Counted from the whole stretch's first letter, positions 1 to 12,890 are shown. The stretch is DNA of 61,881 bases, filler included, from Asterionella formosa (GCA_002256025.1; 5 parts of 5 records of this genome joined end to end with filler, not necessarily neighbours in it); one strand, 5' to 3'. Notes: generated by a model not told the origin, from the sequence alone. Translations and numbers: made by a program.

Positions 1-289
1 AAGTACCGGTAGTGCTGTCCGCCATGACAAAATAAGATTCCGTGTTTGCAGCGCCCATCACCAAAACACATCGTCATCATACCAGTACTTCCTATGATGA
101 TGTTGATGATCAATCATTTCAACAAAAAAGAACAAATATACCGGCAAAGAAATTTAATAATATCATACATTACAAAAGCATCCATGCATTCTTTTTGTTA
201 ACCATCATTGCAGGATAGAAAGGTAGTGAAGAGCATCCTATTCGACTGTATCTTTCGTAACAATAATCAAGGGCAGTCCATTCAAGCAA

Positions 290-1303
290 ATGTTGCAATC
301 ATCAGTGAGATCAAATTCTGATGAAGAGGAGGGATTTGATTCTCCTCCCAACGAAGGCTTCTCGGAACGTTCGCCCCTTCTGGCTATGGCAACACTACCG
401 CTACCTCTGCAAAGCGACAATGGGAACAACAGCGGCCACACATTCGCCGCCATGCATGTCTTTCCTACGGTTCCCGAAGAATCATTGCCCGCCTGTCTCC
501 ATGCACTTGCCTCGTTGTTGTTTTACATGACATGTGTGGTTGGGATTATGCTTGTAATTGTATTAGTCACATTGCTGTGGACATTTCTATTGGTCAGGAA
601 CAACTGTCCCAGCTACTACCATCGCTTCCTTCTGGGCAGTTTGGCCTATATTGCCATACTAGTGTACCAGCAAAGACTTCCCAACTGGCTGCTTCGATCT
701 AATTTCTTTTTCCCTATCGTGTCCTTGGTATATTTCTATCAAGGTTACATGACATTGCAACCATGTTATGAATCATACAACCATTATGACACGAGTGATA
801 CAACGATTGATGAACAACAACAACCACCATATTTTTGCATTGAAGAATGCAAGGAGTTGTATGTGGCATTGGAATTCTATTTGGTGACGTTGGTGGAATT
901 TTTGAGCTTGGTATGGATGGTCCTTCATTTTGCCATGCCAATGATGAATCGGGTGGCTTCGTCTTCTATTGTTCATGCAAGCAATGACAATGAGTCTACT
1001 ACTACTCAAAGTATTCGAGCAACAGCATGGAGGCCAACAAGGCTAGCAGTAGTTGATGTGACTTATATTCTTCGTCAATTGAAAAATGTCAAAATCGATG
1101 AAAACGAGGAGTGCCTCATGCCCGAATGTTGCATTTGCATGATGGTATTTTCTTCCTTGGAGCCAGTCATTACGACACCATGTCAACATTTGTTTCATAA
1201 ATCTTGTATTGAACGTTGGATTCTTGGGAAAGCCACCATGTCAGGGGGACTGTCACGACGAAAATGCCCCTTGTGCCGACAAGACATGGCAGCCTTGAGA
1301 TGA
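290..1303 (+). CDS. Multi-pass membrane RING-H2 E3 ubiquitin ligase
   Basis: 337-aa ORF with several hydrophobic segments and a C-terminal C-x2-C...C-x-H-x2-H-x2-C...C-x2-C motif (CCICMM...PCQHLFHKSC...CPLCR). Confidence 0.85.
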   Translation: MLQSSVRSNSDEEEGFDSPPNEGFSERSPLLAMATLPLPLQSDNGNNSGHTFAAMHVFPTVPEESLPACLHALASLLFYMTCVVGIMLVIVLVTLLWTFLLVRNNCPSYYHRFLLGSLAYIAILVYQQRLPNWLLRSNFFFPIVSLVYFYQGYMTLQPCYESYNHYDTSDTTIDEQQQPPYFCIEECKELYVALEFYLVTLVEFLSLVWMVLHFAMPMMNRVASSSIVHASNDNESTTTQSIRATAWRPTRLAVVDVTYILRQLKNVKIDENEECLMPECCICMMVFSSLEPVITTPCQHLFHKSCIERWILGKATMSGGLSRRKCPLCRQDMAALR

Positions 1304-2653
1304 AAGGCACCTTTATTTGTTTAAGACCCTAATGTCATTGTATAAGTTTTGTAATGTTAGGTTTATTTTAAAGTGTTGCGTGAATTTGGTAATCACTTGA
1401 GGATTTTGTCAATTCTTGTTTTAACTTTCAGACCAAATTTGACTGGTCTTGCATACATTTTTCTCAATACCTTACTTCACCAGGCTCTCTCTAGTTATAG
1501 CATGCATGCCAAACAAGCGTTGCTGACCTTATGCTGAAGATGGAAAAGACACAGCAAGGTAACACTGTGTCAAGCACATGATGTCCCCACCAACTTAACA
1601 TCCTTCCACAATACAAAAGGAATTCATACAGCGGCGCCATGAATAGGAGCCATCTTTTAAAGAGTCCATGCTCATGCTAAAGCAATGAATAAGGAACAAA
1701 ACGACAACTAGCCATATGAAGGAGAGCTGTGGTCAATGACGAACCAATATGGCATCATCAATCCAAAGAACGCCTAGGCATGTGGTATGTAGTATATACC
1801 GGTATCCTTTTACCGTTATCAATTCTCCAAGACCCCCTCCTGGTATTTTATGAGTATACCGGTAGCAGGTAGTGTAGTCTGTTATTATTGGCTGAGTATT
1901 ATTACCGGTTGTATAACGATATGATATATATGGATACGGTAGTGCGTGGTCATCACTCCTCATTTGCTGATCGAGATCTGATTGGCGCTCATGATGACAG
2001 CACTGCGTGCCGTTAGACCAACTGAGGGCGGACTATACGTGTGACGCAGGCTACAAAACGAGCGAGCGACCTAAATGATTACAGCCGAAGTACCTGGTAC
2101 CTGGTACCGGTACTCACATTCAAATGAAGCAATATCAACCAAAAGAAATCGGGAGAACAATAAGCAAATGTAATGATCATTACAGATGTAACCTGTAACT
2201 ATCGGTATGTCGGTACCTGGTATGCTGATACTGGTACTCGACATGCAAAGCGGAGTAGCAAAACAAGCAAGCCGACGAAGTCAGGCCTCCTTACTACTCA
2301 GAACGGATCTATGTAGTGTCGGAGTTGTCACTTCAGCTAAAGTAACGAAAACGAATACCGGGTAAGCAAATAGACACATGCATCATGCCATTCAGATTTT
2401 TGTACCTGCTTGTATCAACGAATTGTTCAAATAAACTCAATTTAGTTTCTTCCTTGAACAAAGCGGTAGGAGTTGGTTGGAGGGGTAGACTAACTACATA
2501 GCATGACGGCAAGTAAAACTCCCAGTTTTATTTCGTAGATGAGAAACCTGCGCAACTGGTAGACTAGTATTAGAAGAATTAATTCGTTTGCATTGGTGGT
2601 TGCGATCCTAGAAAGGTAGCGTGGCTATTTGGACATCATCAAGTTAGTTAGTC

Positions 2654-3553
2654 TCAATACCAACAGAAGCCTCCCCATGAATCATTCAACAGTATACATC
2701 TGTTTGATAAACACTCCGTGTTGGCAAAGCAGGAAGCACCCATATATTTACCACTTGAAACTTCGGATATGTTTGAAGGAGGCGATGTACTACTATTTGT
2801 AAAATAGGAAATGGGAGGCGATGTGCTGATATCCGAACCTTGGCAGTATCCAGGAGCAAAAGTATCGTTTGATTCTGTTCGAATGCATTGAAACCCTGTA
2901 CAACAGGTCCCATTGTTCGTGCAAGATTCGCCGTCAGCCAAGCATGGAGCCTTGGTTGGTGATGGTGTCGGTGCAGCGGTTTCGTAGGAAATGGTAATGT
3001 TCGGAGCCACTGCTCGTAGCTTTAATGGCGAATAGTACCATTCGGCTGAACTATAACTGGAAATAGTCGATACAACGATGCTGACATCCAATGTCAAGTC
3101 CTCCGATGCATTGGCCAGGTACAAAGTACCGTCGATTCTTGTTTTGGGATCTCTACTAACATGACTCAAACCACCCACATTCAGGTTTGTGCAATAGAAA
3201 TTAACCTTGGCATTGCTGTCGGTTGTAGATAGAGAGTATTTCGTGCTTTGGCCATCAGAGGATTCTAGCCTCAACAAAAAACCTCTCATAATATTCCGAG
3301 TAGAAACGAGCTGTATAGAATGAGATACTCCCGCTTCCAAGTCAAATCGAACACCTTCGAAGACTTGCTGACCATCAATCAATACTTCAAAACCTGCGTC
3401 GCCGATGTATCCTCCCCCAATTAAGTTCCTCGCACTAGCATGAGCTCCTTGGTTGATTCCATTCATCCCAGATTGGCAATATCCAGCTGCAGTGGGAAAG
3501 GCATCAGCGAAAAATGGTAAAACGGAAACGCACAAGAGTAATATTGACATCAT
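2654..3553 (-). CDS. Secreted Reeler-like domain protein with Cys-rich C-terminal modules (paralog 1)
   Basis: Signal peptide (ILLLCVSVLPFFADA|FP), Reeler-like MRGFLLRL motif, PT linker, CLADGESCTNNGTCCTGFQC knot-like module. Collinear with 10854..11760. Confidence 0.7.
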   Translation of the reverse strand: MMSILLLCVSVLPFFADAFPTAAGYCQSGMNGINQGAHASARNLIGGGYIGDAGFEVLIDGQQVFEGVRFDLEAGVSHSIQLVSTRNIMRGFLLRLESSDGQSTKYSLSTTDSNAKVNFYCTNLNVGGLSHVSRDPKTRIDGTLYLANASEDLTLDVSIVVSTISSYSSAEWYYSPLKLRAVAPNITISYETAAPTPSPTKAPCLADGESCTNNGTCCTGFQCIRTESNDTFAPGYCQGSDISTSPPISYFTNSSTSPPSNISEVSSGKYMGASCFANTECLSNRCILLNDSWGGFCWY

Positions 3554-4530
3554 TATTGCTTTTTGATCAATAAGCCGATAGTTGACAAAGGGTATTTGGC
3601 ATGAAGATTCACTTCACTCGATGACCAAGAAGTGTGAACGCGAGTTTTAGTGAGGCTCACTTGCGTTGGTCTACAAAATCGAAATTATTCGTATCTACCG
3701 TTAAATAGCCCACGACGTTGCGTACCTGCATATGTGATAAGTGTACCTGGTACTGTATATGTGCAATGTAAATGAAAATTTATGAAGCAAAATGTGTGAC
3801 GAAAAGCCCAAAAGGACTTGTATAACGGTTTTCGACTCTAAATCAAACAAATTTTTTGCGTATCCGCGAGATGTGACTATTCATGATCGTATAAATCAAG
3901 TCGTTTATATGTTTTGGCTCCCGATGATGTAATCTACCGGGCGGGTAGTACCAGGTACCGGTATGTGAAAATACACCATCGTGCATGATTTGTTTCGTTC
4001 ATTATATGCTGTAGCCCGTATGTATATCGGTAAGGAACTTCGAATTTTGAAACTCGGGAAAATGAGCAGGTCGTCATTGTACGTATGAAGCCGGCATGGT
4101 GGCTGAATAGGTAAGATGGGTGCTCTATCTATGTGAATCAACTCTATAATGAGTACCGGTACCAGGGTACTGTACCTGGTACCGCTCCCGCACGACAAAT
4201 GTATGGTTGGTATCCTTTCGCCCGCCGTCCTGAGTACCTGTAGAATATTACGATGTACGTACCCGTCATCATTAGTTCGTCCAAGAATTGCTCCTGGCTG
4301 TGCACGTGAGTCCTGTCAAAAGTATCAAATTTTTAATAACAAGACTGTACTGGTACCTGGTACCAGGTGCCGTAAATCCCGTGCTTCTTCTGTCTTCCAC
4401 CACTCGCCTGTCCCATCAGTGTACATCTGGTGCTACACACCCAAATATTTTAAATGTTCAGCAAATAGAACATATTATTTTTCTATTATAAGAAGCTCCC
4501 AGTATGTATTATATTATTTTGTTCGGCACC

Positions 4531-4949
4531 ATGATGAAAATGACATCTCTTCAAGATGGAGAAATACTGGGCCTATGCAGTGTTGTCACAAATGGGCAAA
4601 GCTGTGTGCAACATTGATGCCATTGAGCTCATGTTCACATCATTGATACAGTGCATTTCAAGCTGACAGTGGTGGAGCGAGATTGGTGAGGAAAAGGAGC
4701 TGCAGATGGTGATGAAGGCTGTGGTTGTCCAAGATGGAACAGAGCTGTGTACAGTCGGGTTTTTGGGCAAGAACATTGCTGCTTTGGAGAAAACAAGATT
4801 TCGATATCAAGACAAGCAAGTTTGCTCAAATCATTGAACTGTATGATGAAAGTGACAATCAAAGAACAAAGAGGGCTACTAGCAGGAGCAACCACAACCT
4901 CGGAGTGGCTTTGTTTCGACTTTTTTATGACATCCAAATTCAAGAGTAA
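4531..4949 (+). pseudogene. HIRAN-like Cys/His passenger ORF, copy 1 (stops and frameshifts)
   Basis: Manual translation: MMKMTSLQDGEILGLCSVVTNGQSCVQH*CH*...VMKAVVVQDGTELCTVGFLGKNIA...KFAQIIELYDESDN...SNHNLGVALFRL. Homologous to 23862..24278. Confidence 0.75.
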
Positions 4950-5189
4950 ATGAATTCTAAATGTTCAAAAATCGTTATTAAACTACTAAGATAGATTCAA
5001 TACATATTAACTACTAGCTAGCTAGTAGCTAGTTGAACATTTTAAGAATTGAAACTGGTTGTATGAATTAATTTCTAGTTGTCAGCAAAACAAATATCAT
5101 TTTTTCCATTTGCAAGCCAGACATGTAGTTTGAAAATGATATATTTAACAAAAAAAGGAATTAATCACAAAATGTTATCCAAATAGACT

Positions 5190-5938
5190 ACAATTAAAGT
5201 AAACCAGCTTTGTATCTAATGCTGGCCCAGGTATCATTTGTGATCGAAGACACAGTTAGCCTACCTGGGCCCATGCAGCCTCCACCCATTAAGCAACATT
5301 ATGCCTCTTAAATTTTTCATTTTCTATGTTTTGAACCATAAAATTCTCCCATGCAGCCTGGTGCACATAGTCTTTGAATTGCTTTTTGACGCCCACATCC
5401 AGTACTTGAAGCTGGGATGTGTAGCCAGAGGTTATATAGTCAACCTCAGTCCCTCAAGATTTATTGCCAACTTTGTGGACCGAAAAGTTTTCCATTATCA
5501 GGTAAGTTGGCTCTCCTAAGAATCCCTGAGTCCATGTCTTCCAAACCTGCTCAATCCAATTCAAGAAGACGGTTTGGTCTATGCAAGCCCTGGCCTTGCA
5601 AGATTGTTTCATTGAAACCGGAAATTCGTTTGGTGGAATGATGGCTAATTGCCTGCTTTTCCGTCCATCTCTGGTTCCTTTGAACAAAATGAATGGAGGC
5701 AGCTTTATTCCACTTAGAGTGACGCCTAAGCGCACAGTGCAACAACCAGAGGTACCTGAAGTCTTCATTCATGATCCATACAAGTCAAAATTGATGTTCA
5801 TCTCATCAATATTGACAATGCACCTAGGGTCCATACCATAGTTCTGAATCTGTTGATTGTCATATGTTACAAACTCAAGCACTCTGGCTTGGTTGAGTCT
5901 TGTGTTCTGAGCAACATGTGTCACTCGCCAAAAAACAA
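5190..5938 (-). pseudogene. pogo/CENP-B-like DDE_1 transposase remnant
   Basis: IVNIDEMNI; CTVRLGVTLSGIKLPPFILFKG; YLIMENFSVH; GYTSQLQVLDVGVKKQFKD motifs, disrupted by stops and frameshifts. The 5' part falls in the N gap. Confidence 0.85.
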
Positions 5939-7032
5939 NNNNNNNNNNNNNNNNNNNNNNNNNNNNNNNNNNNNNNNNNNNNNNNNNNNNNNNNNNNNNN
6001 NNNNNNNNNNNNNNNNNNNNNNNNNNNNNNNNNNNNNNNNNNNNNNNNNNNNNNNNNNNNNNNNNNNNNNNNNNNNNNNNNNNNNNNNNNNNNNNNNNNN
6101 NNNNNNNNNNNNNNNNNNNNNNNNNNNNNNNNNNNNNNNNNNNNNNNNNNNNNNNNNNNNNNNNNNNNNNNNNNNNNNNNNNNNNNNNNNNNNNNNNNNN
6201 NNNNNNNNNNNNNNNNNNNNNNNNNNNNNNNNNNNNNNNNNNNNNNNNNNNNNNNNNNNNNNNNNNNNNNNNNNNNNNNNNNNNNNNNNNNNNNNNNNNN
6301 NNNNNNNNNNNNNNNNNNNNNNNNNNNNNNNNNNNNNNNNNNNNNNNNNNNNNNNNNNNNNNNNNNNNNNNNNNNNNNNNNNNNNNNNNNNNNNNNNNNN
6401 NNNNNNNNNNNNNNNNNNNNNNNNNNNNNNNNNNNNNNNNNNNNNNNNNNNNNNNNNNNNNNNNNNNNNNNNNNNNNNNNNNNNNNNNNNNNNNNNNNNN
6501 NNNNNNNNNNNNNNNNNNNNNNNNNNNNNNNNNNNNNNNNNNCCAGAACCTTGTAGAACCTGCAAAAGATAATATAGGTGTAGAAATAGGTATATACAGC
6601 TAGGTCACTTTAAAATTTAGTATGTGGCTTGTTCTAGTTTTAAGTGCGCCAAAATTAGGAAAATCAAATGATCATAGGAGAAACTGATTCAACCAAGAAC
6701 AAGAATACTTTTATGTACATTTGCGTGTTTTATACTAAGAAAATGACAATGGGGACGACGTTTTGATCAACAGAAGTTGGCAATGTCAAAATCGCCATCA
6801 TTCTGACTCCCCAACTAAGTAGTCTAGTCGTGGGTGTGTACATTTGAGGAGACACGAGCATGGGATTTACGGTAGCTAAACGAAAAGAACAAGGAAAGAA
6901 GAGAACTCATAGGTACTCCTACCAGGTACACCCAGCACGAAAAACGTTGATTGCATGCCATGAAACCAAGTTTTACTACCTGAGGCAACAGGTATGCACC
7001 CCCCCCGTACAGGTGCAAATACGTTGAATGTA

Positions 7033-8937
7033 CTCACTCTATTCATGCAGGTATGCTGGTAGTTGCAAGAACCAAACCCTAGCATGTCACTGCCTCTCAT
7101 GGAGCGCAACCTTCAAAAAGTTTTCCTATTTTTCCTACTACCATCCAAACCAAATGGTGTGCAAAAGTCAATATGTATAGTATATGTTATAAATAGTCTA
7201 GAACTATGTAAACCTGACTTCGGTTTTTTGGCGTGTTTTTCGTACAATTGTGCCCCGATCGGATTGTCTGCTCTGGACCCCCCCCCCATTTTTTCGTTGA
7301 TTCTTCATATGTCAGTAGACATTAGAAGAGGGAATTGACACCAGAACAGCAACAACGCATCATCGATTGCTCGCTTCAAAGCCTCAGAGGGAAGAGATTG
7401 GAGGCGATGAAATGGACAACTGACTCATAGTAGTAACTCTTGGTGTTCACCTCCAGTTGGCTAAAAATTCGACATGAAGAAAATTCACAATTTATCATAT
7501 CTGGAAACGCATATTTGAATCGTTCATAAAGGGAAATAGTGAAAGTTACTTGGCACTGTTCAAGAAAAACAAGAAAGGGAGAGGTATAAAACACTCACCC
7601 ACAGATATCATTAGAGCAGCCAGCTGTCAGTTTCGTGCCTAACCATCAGCAATGAAATTACTGCACATTGGCTCTGAAGGTTGGTCTTTCTGTTAGTAAC
7701 GTATTCAATTATACTAATTCAATGAAGAAAGAAGTCATTCAGCCTCATTCAAATGCTAATAAGCAAGCCATCACTGTCACCTAACAATACCTTAAAATTG
7801 TGAGTTTATGCTATCAATCATTTGCAGTTGAACCATCCAGATCGTGTCAATTACAAACCGTTCAATCTCAGTCATTTTGGTCTCCATGATAACTTTCATT
7901 GTGATGTTCAGCCACATCGATGAGAAGTCGTGATTCTTTGTTCTGTAGGCTTCTCAGAAGTTATACCTAACTTGTTACGAGTCACAAATTTAAAAAAGGC
8001 AAGTTCTAAGGGTTGTGTTGAGACCAAGATACGATGCTACCAGGGAGATGATATTTGATGGCAAAATCAGAATATGGTCATTTGTGAAACAGGTTTTCAC
8101 AACAAAAAGGCTGTCTAACAGAGTCAGGGGTGTTCCAGAAACAAAGCCACATGCAAAGTGGCCAAAAGATGGAAGTTTTGAATCCAGAACTGTATTCTTT
8201 CATCATGATAATGCGACAACTAATTTGAGCCAGATTTGAAAGGTTTTATAGAAGCTGGAAGTGTGATGGGATGGAACATTACTCCAACACTGCAACTGCA
8301 TACCTCCCAATGAAAAGGAGAGTCTTGCTGATTAAACTCCTGCTTAGAAACCCAACTTGACAGCAAGCCTTGCAATCTTCCCTTTTGTCATTTCCATTGT
8401 TGCTTCCTCAACAAAAACCAGCAATAGCAGCCTCTTCATCCTCTATCAATTTGTTAACAACAATGACTTCCAGAAATCCAGTTAGTATGCTTCCCGGCAC
8501 TACATTTTGGCTGCAGAAGCAGTGAATGAATGTCACAAGAATGGCCATTCTTGCTGTTGCTTGGCCTTGAGGCCCACCAATACTTGCCCATCAACTGTCA
8601 TTGCATGCAGCTGTGATGCCAAATTAATTTTTAGTAAGGTATTTTTACTCTTGTTTGATGCATTTGTAGTCTGCTGTTCTTGAATATTGCATACTGCTCC
8701 ATGTAGAGCAAAACAGCTATGCTGGCTAGCGAAATTCAAGTTTTTTATCAATAGCCCTCAACGATGTACATGTCTCGTTATATACCGGTACCATTATTCT
8801 TGCTTCGCCTAAATATACTAACTACGGTAATCTAACTCAGCAACATACCCATACCTGTACTAGCCTGGATCATGATGGTACGCAGAAAATGCAAAAGACA
8901 TGGATCAAGTCGGGCTACCGCAGTCGAACACAGGGAG
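7033..8937 (+). mobile_element. Decayed DD39D-type mariner element with internal deletion
   Basis: Transposase remnants (ELTPEQQQRI, HIDEK, PRYD...FDGKIRIWSFV, KWP, FHHDNA). Right end ACACAGGGAG|TA at 8928-8939 (CTCCCT-type terminus). Left end is only a weak match (TA|CTCACTCTATTC at 7031). Confidence 0.65.
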
Positions 8938-9995
8938 TACCAAAGTCTGCGCGATGTCTTTATTGCAGTCCGTACTACATCATACATACGATAGCTTGCA
9001 GCCACAAGGACGAACATTTTCATTCTTTGTTATAGCTTCGAGTGTGAAACAGGTTTTCACAACATATAAGGCTGGCTAACAGAGACAGGGGTGTTCCAGA
9101 AACAAAGCCACATGCAAAGTGGCCAAAAGATGGAAGTTTTGAATCCAGAACTGTATTCTTTCATCATGATAATGCGACAACTAATTTGAGCCAGATTTGA
9201 AAGGTTTTATAGAAGCTGGAAGTGTGATGGGATGAAACATTACTCCAACACTGCAACTGCATACCTCCCAATGAAAAGGAGAGTCTTGCTGATTAAACTC
9301 CTGCTTAGAAACCCAACTTGACAGCAAGCCTTGCCATCTTCCCTTTTGCCATTTCCATTGTTGCTTCCTCAACAAAAACCAGCAATAGCAGCCTCTTCAT
9401 CCTCTATCAATTTGTTAACAACAATGACTTCCAGAAATCCAGTTAGTATGCTTCCCGGCACTACATTTTGGCTGCAGAAGCCGTGAATGAATGTCACAAG
9501 AATGGCCATTCTTGCTGTTGCTTGGCCTTGAGGCCCACCAATACTTGCCCATCAACTGTCATTGCATGCAGCTGTGATGCCAAATTAATTTTTAGTAAGG
9601 TACTTTTACTCTTGTTGTTTGATGCATTTGTAGTCAGCTGTTCTTGAATATTGCATACTACTCCATGTAGAGCAAAACAGCTATGCTGGCTAGCGAAATT
9701 CAAGTTTTTTATCAATAGCCCTCAACGATGTACATGTCTCATTATATACCATTATTCTTGCTTCGCCTAAATATACTAACTACGGTAATCTAACTCAGCA
9801 ACATACCCATACCTGTACTAGCCTGGATCGTGGCTGGTACGCAGAAAATGCAAAAGACATGGATCAAGTCGGGCTACCGTAGTCGAACACAGGGAGTACC
9901 AAAGTCTGCGCGATGTCTTTATTGCAGTCCGTACTACATCATACATAAGATAGCTTGCAGCCACAAGGACGAACATTTTCATTCTTTGTTATAGC
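8083..9995. repeat. Tandem duplication of ~955 bp (8083-9037 and 9044-9995)
   Basis: Both units start TGTGAAACAGGTTTTCACAACA and end TTCTTTGTTATAGCT, with scattered substitutions and small indels. The unit includes the mariner 3' part, the passenger ORF (second copy 9240-9562), the right TIR and about 100 bp of flank. Confidence 0.95.
8279..8601 (-). pseudogene. HIRAN-like passenger ORF, copy 2 (frameshifted, 3'-truncated)
   Basis: Manual translation: MTVDGQVLVGLKA/NSKNGHSCDIH/C..CSQNVVPGSIL...IEDEEAAIA...CQVGFLSRSL...FIGRYAVAVLE. Confidence 0.7.
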
Positions 9996-10853
9996 TATCG
10001 TCGAACCTTCTTGAACATTGCGTGTCTACTCCATTATTTACCGGTAGACAACATATAGTTGCTGCTACTATATGTAGGATGCAAATTTTTTTGTGAGTCT
10101 TGATAAGCTTTCGGTATACTTTGCTGGGGGTACATATATATATATATATTTAAAGGTGGTACGACAGAGTCTGCCAGGAGGGTACCACGAGCGCGAAGCA
10201 CGTTCGTTATTTTCTTAAAGATTCAAAACAAAAAAGTTGATTGTGATATTCTTCGTCCACAACAAGACCAATTTAGGCAAAATGCCATGTTTGCTTCTTC
10301 CTGCCCCTGGGCCCTGGACGAAATTTTGCTCATAGGAATCATCGCCAAATCACTAGAGCTGCCTTGCGATCAAGCTCCAAAAAACTATTTTATGTGGACC
10401 GTGTTCCGGTAGGAAAGTATATTTATTATTTTAGTAGCTGACAACATAATGGTAATGATGGTGGAACAAATGCAATTCTTTTATGTAGTACTCTATGAGG
10501 CGAGGTGACGACCCAAAGTGAAACCTAATAGGTTTCTTCAGTTGTCATTTCATTGATAATCGCTTTGAATCTACTCTACTGGATAACGTTCCATGATTTA
10601 CAAAATGAAAAGAAATTGGTTTTGCAAAGCACATTTATTAGGAAACTTTAAATTATAGCAGGGCAAATATGTATACAATGAAACAGAGGGAGGAGGAGGG
10701 GGGGGGAGAAAGTGCGCACCTTTTTTCTATCCTGCCCGGCCAGGTCCATGCGACGGAGCTTACTAGGGACGTAACCACCTGACTGGGGATAACTGATCAT
10801 CGTCTTCTTCTCGTCTGTTGTCGACTCATGATTAGAAAAAGCATGCTTGTCCC

Positions 10854-11760
10854 TTACGTCCAACAGAAGCCAAACGACGATGTCAAAAGGATGCAATGGT
10901 TCGATAAACAGTCAGTGTCAACACCGCAAGAGGCTCCATTGGCTCTGCCGGAAGAATACGTTGCTGAGCCTGACGACGATCCATAAATAGAAGTAGTTGT
11001 TGAGGTAGCAGGAGGTGCTGCTTGAATCGGTGCACTTGTGGCGGAAGAAGAGGTGTCGCAGTATCCAGGAGCAGACACAGCATTGGTATCAGCTCGGATA
11101 CAACGGCCTGTGCAGCAGGCTGCATCATTGATGCAATAGGCACCTGCTTCCGATGCACATGGTGCATTAGTTGGTGAGGCTGTCGGTCCAAATCCTGCTG
11201 TGTTTGAGATGGCTGTGCCTGGAGAAACTGCTTGCAGTGTGAATTGCGAAAAGTACCACTCGGCAGAACCGTAGCTGTATTGTGTGGACACCACAGTGGT
11301 GACATCCAGAGTGAGGGAGCCTGTGGCACTTGCCATGTAAAGAGTTCCCGTGATGCTTGTTTTAGGGTTGCTGTTAACGTGACTTAGGCCCCCGACGCCA
11401 TTGTTGAGGCACATGTCAAACACTTGGGCATTGCTGTCATTTGTGTCCAATGCGTCCTTGGTGTTTTCTCCACTGGAGGACGACAATCTCAGAAGGAAGC
11501 CTCTCATAATGTCGGCAGTGGCTTTCAGCTCCACGGTGTACGTCTGTCCAGCGTAGAACTGGAAGTTCTTGTAGACTCGCTGGCCTCCAATGTACAATTC
11601 AAAGCCAGCAGTCGACAGTTCGCCGGTCGTAACGACCTTGACATTCCTGTGCGCTCCGCTGCCGATTCCGTCAACACCAGCGCCGCAATAGCCAGCGACG
11701 TTAGGGAAGGCAGTCACAGCACTGACAAGCAGAGAGAGGAGGAGGATAACTTTTGACATG
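10854..11760 (-). CDS. Secreted Reeler-like domain protein with Cys-rich C-terminal modules (paralog 2)
   Basis: MSKVILLLSLLVSAVTA|FPNVAGYC signal peptide. Shares MRGFLLRL, GGLSHV, SAEWY and GASC..T.CLSN.C with paralog 1. Confidence 0.7.
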
Positions 11761-12321
11761 ATGTTGCTGATGGAATGAGACAAAAAGAAATTATGAGCAC
11801 TACTTGCAAATCACAGCAGGTAGTTTAGTATTTCAAACTTCAAACTATCCGACGAAATTGTGAGGTTTCTTCCTGGTGTGTGTGCATCATACTATCAGGT
11901 ACTCCCTCACCTGGTTCCACCACGTAGCGACGACACGTTGTGTTGTACAGGTGAAGGACGAATGATGATCCAAATTTTCTGCTTAAATATACTCCGATTT
12001 TTTGAAAGGCGGCATTCTTGGCAAAGATCGGTTAAAATGCAACGGGCCGACGTGTCCACCGATCCTGCTGGAGCAATGAGCTCGTTTCATACGTCATTCT
12101 ATTTAAGTGACCCTTTGATCATGTCGGTTCTCCCGTAAATCCACAGCTATCACTCTATGTAAAAGGCCAACTCTTATAAAGCAGCTGGGACAGCACATTA
12201 ACACATGTAGTTATGAAAATTCGCTCTCTTATAATACGTATGTACAGCAAGGTTGGGATCGTTCCTTCCATTCATTTTGGTACTGGTACCACTGCTACTC
12301 GAATTCATACCTATTCCTCTA

Positions 12322-12421
12322 NNNNNNNNNNNNNNNNNNNNNNNNNNNNNNNNNNNNNNNNNNNNTTAATTAATTAANNNNNNNNNNNNNNNNNNNNNNN
12401 NNNNNNNNNNNNNNNNNNNNN
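12322..12421. other. Artificial scaffold linker (also at 24732-24831, 37132-37231, 49510-49609)
   Basis: Identical 100-nt N...TTAATTAATTAA...N blocks containing stops in all six frames. Confidence 0.95.
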
Positions 12422-12719
12422 GCTTATAATTTAATTTGAGTTTTAGATTATCAACCGAGGAAACAGTGTGTTAATTGACAGGAAGGTCAATAAGTCTATC
12501 TAGCAGGAAGGCTGGAAGCAGAGACAAGAAGAGAGAAAGTAAGAGGTACAACTAGGTAGTACTACGATCACGTAAGAGTCTACGTGAAGAGAGACCCAGC
12601 CCGCAGGAAGGAGTACGGACCATTTCAACAAACTCGATGGGCCTTATGTTTGACCGTTGTTTCACTATCCCATGCGTGGCCTGCTGTATCAAAATGCATG
12701 TGCCCTGCCATTGCCACTT

Positions 12720-12890
12720 AGTATAAAATTATCATGTACAAATTTTCGCTTGAAATGGTTGTTTTCTTGATGCATCACACGACTGCACTCAGCAATGCAA
12801 AGACGATCTTTTGTTGAAATTGACACTAGCTAGTCACGTTTGTTTTCTTGATGGATCACATAATTGTCTTCAACTTCAACTATTTATAGA
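12720..12890. repeat. Dispersed repeat (homologous copy at ~58870-59030)
   Basis: TATAAAATTATCATGTACAAATTTTCGC..GAAATGGTTGTTTTCTTGAT...AACTTCAACTA shared in the same orientation. Confidence 0.8.

Larger units (their letters stand above)
4370..6872 (-). mobile_element. pogo-like DNA transposon (~2.5 kb including an N gap) carrying two convergent genes
   Basis: TIRs CCGTAAATCCCGTGCT (4370-4385) and AGCATGGGATTTACGG (6857-6872), TA at 6873-6874 (left flank reads TG). Internal DDE_1-type transposase remnant. Confidence 0.75.

Noticed and set aside
5853..6572. Long ORFs of X residues
   Set aside because: Artifacts of the N gap.
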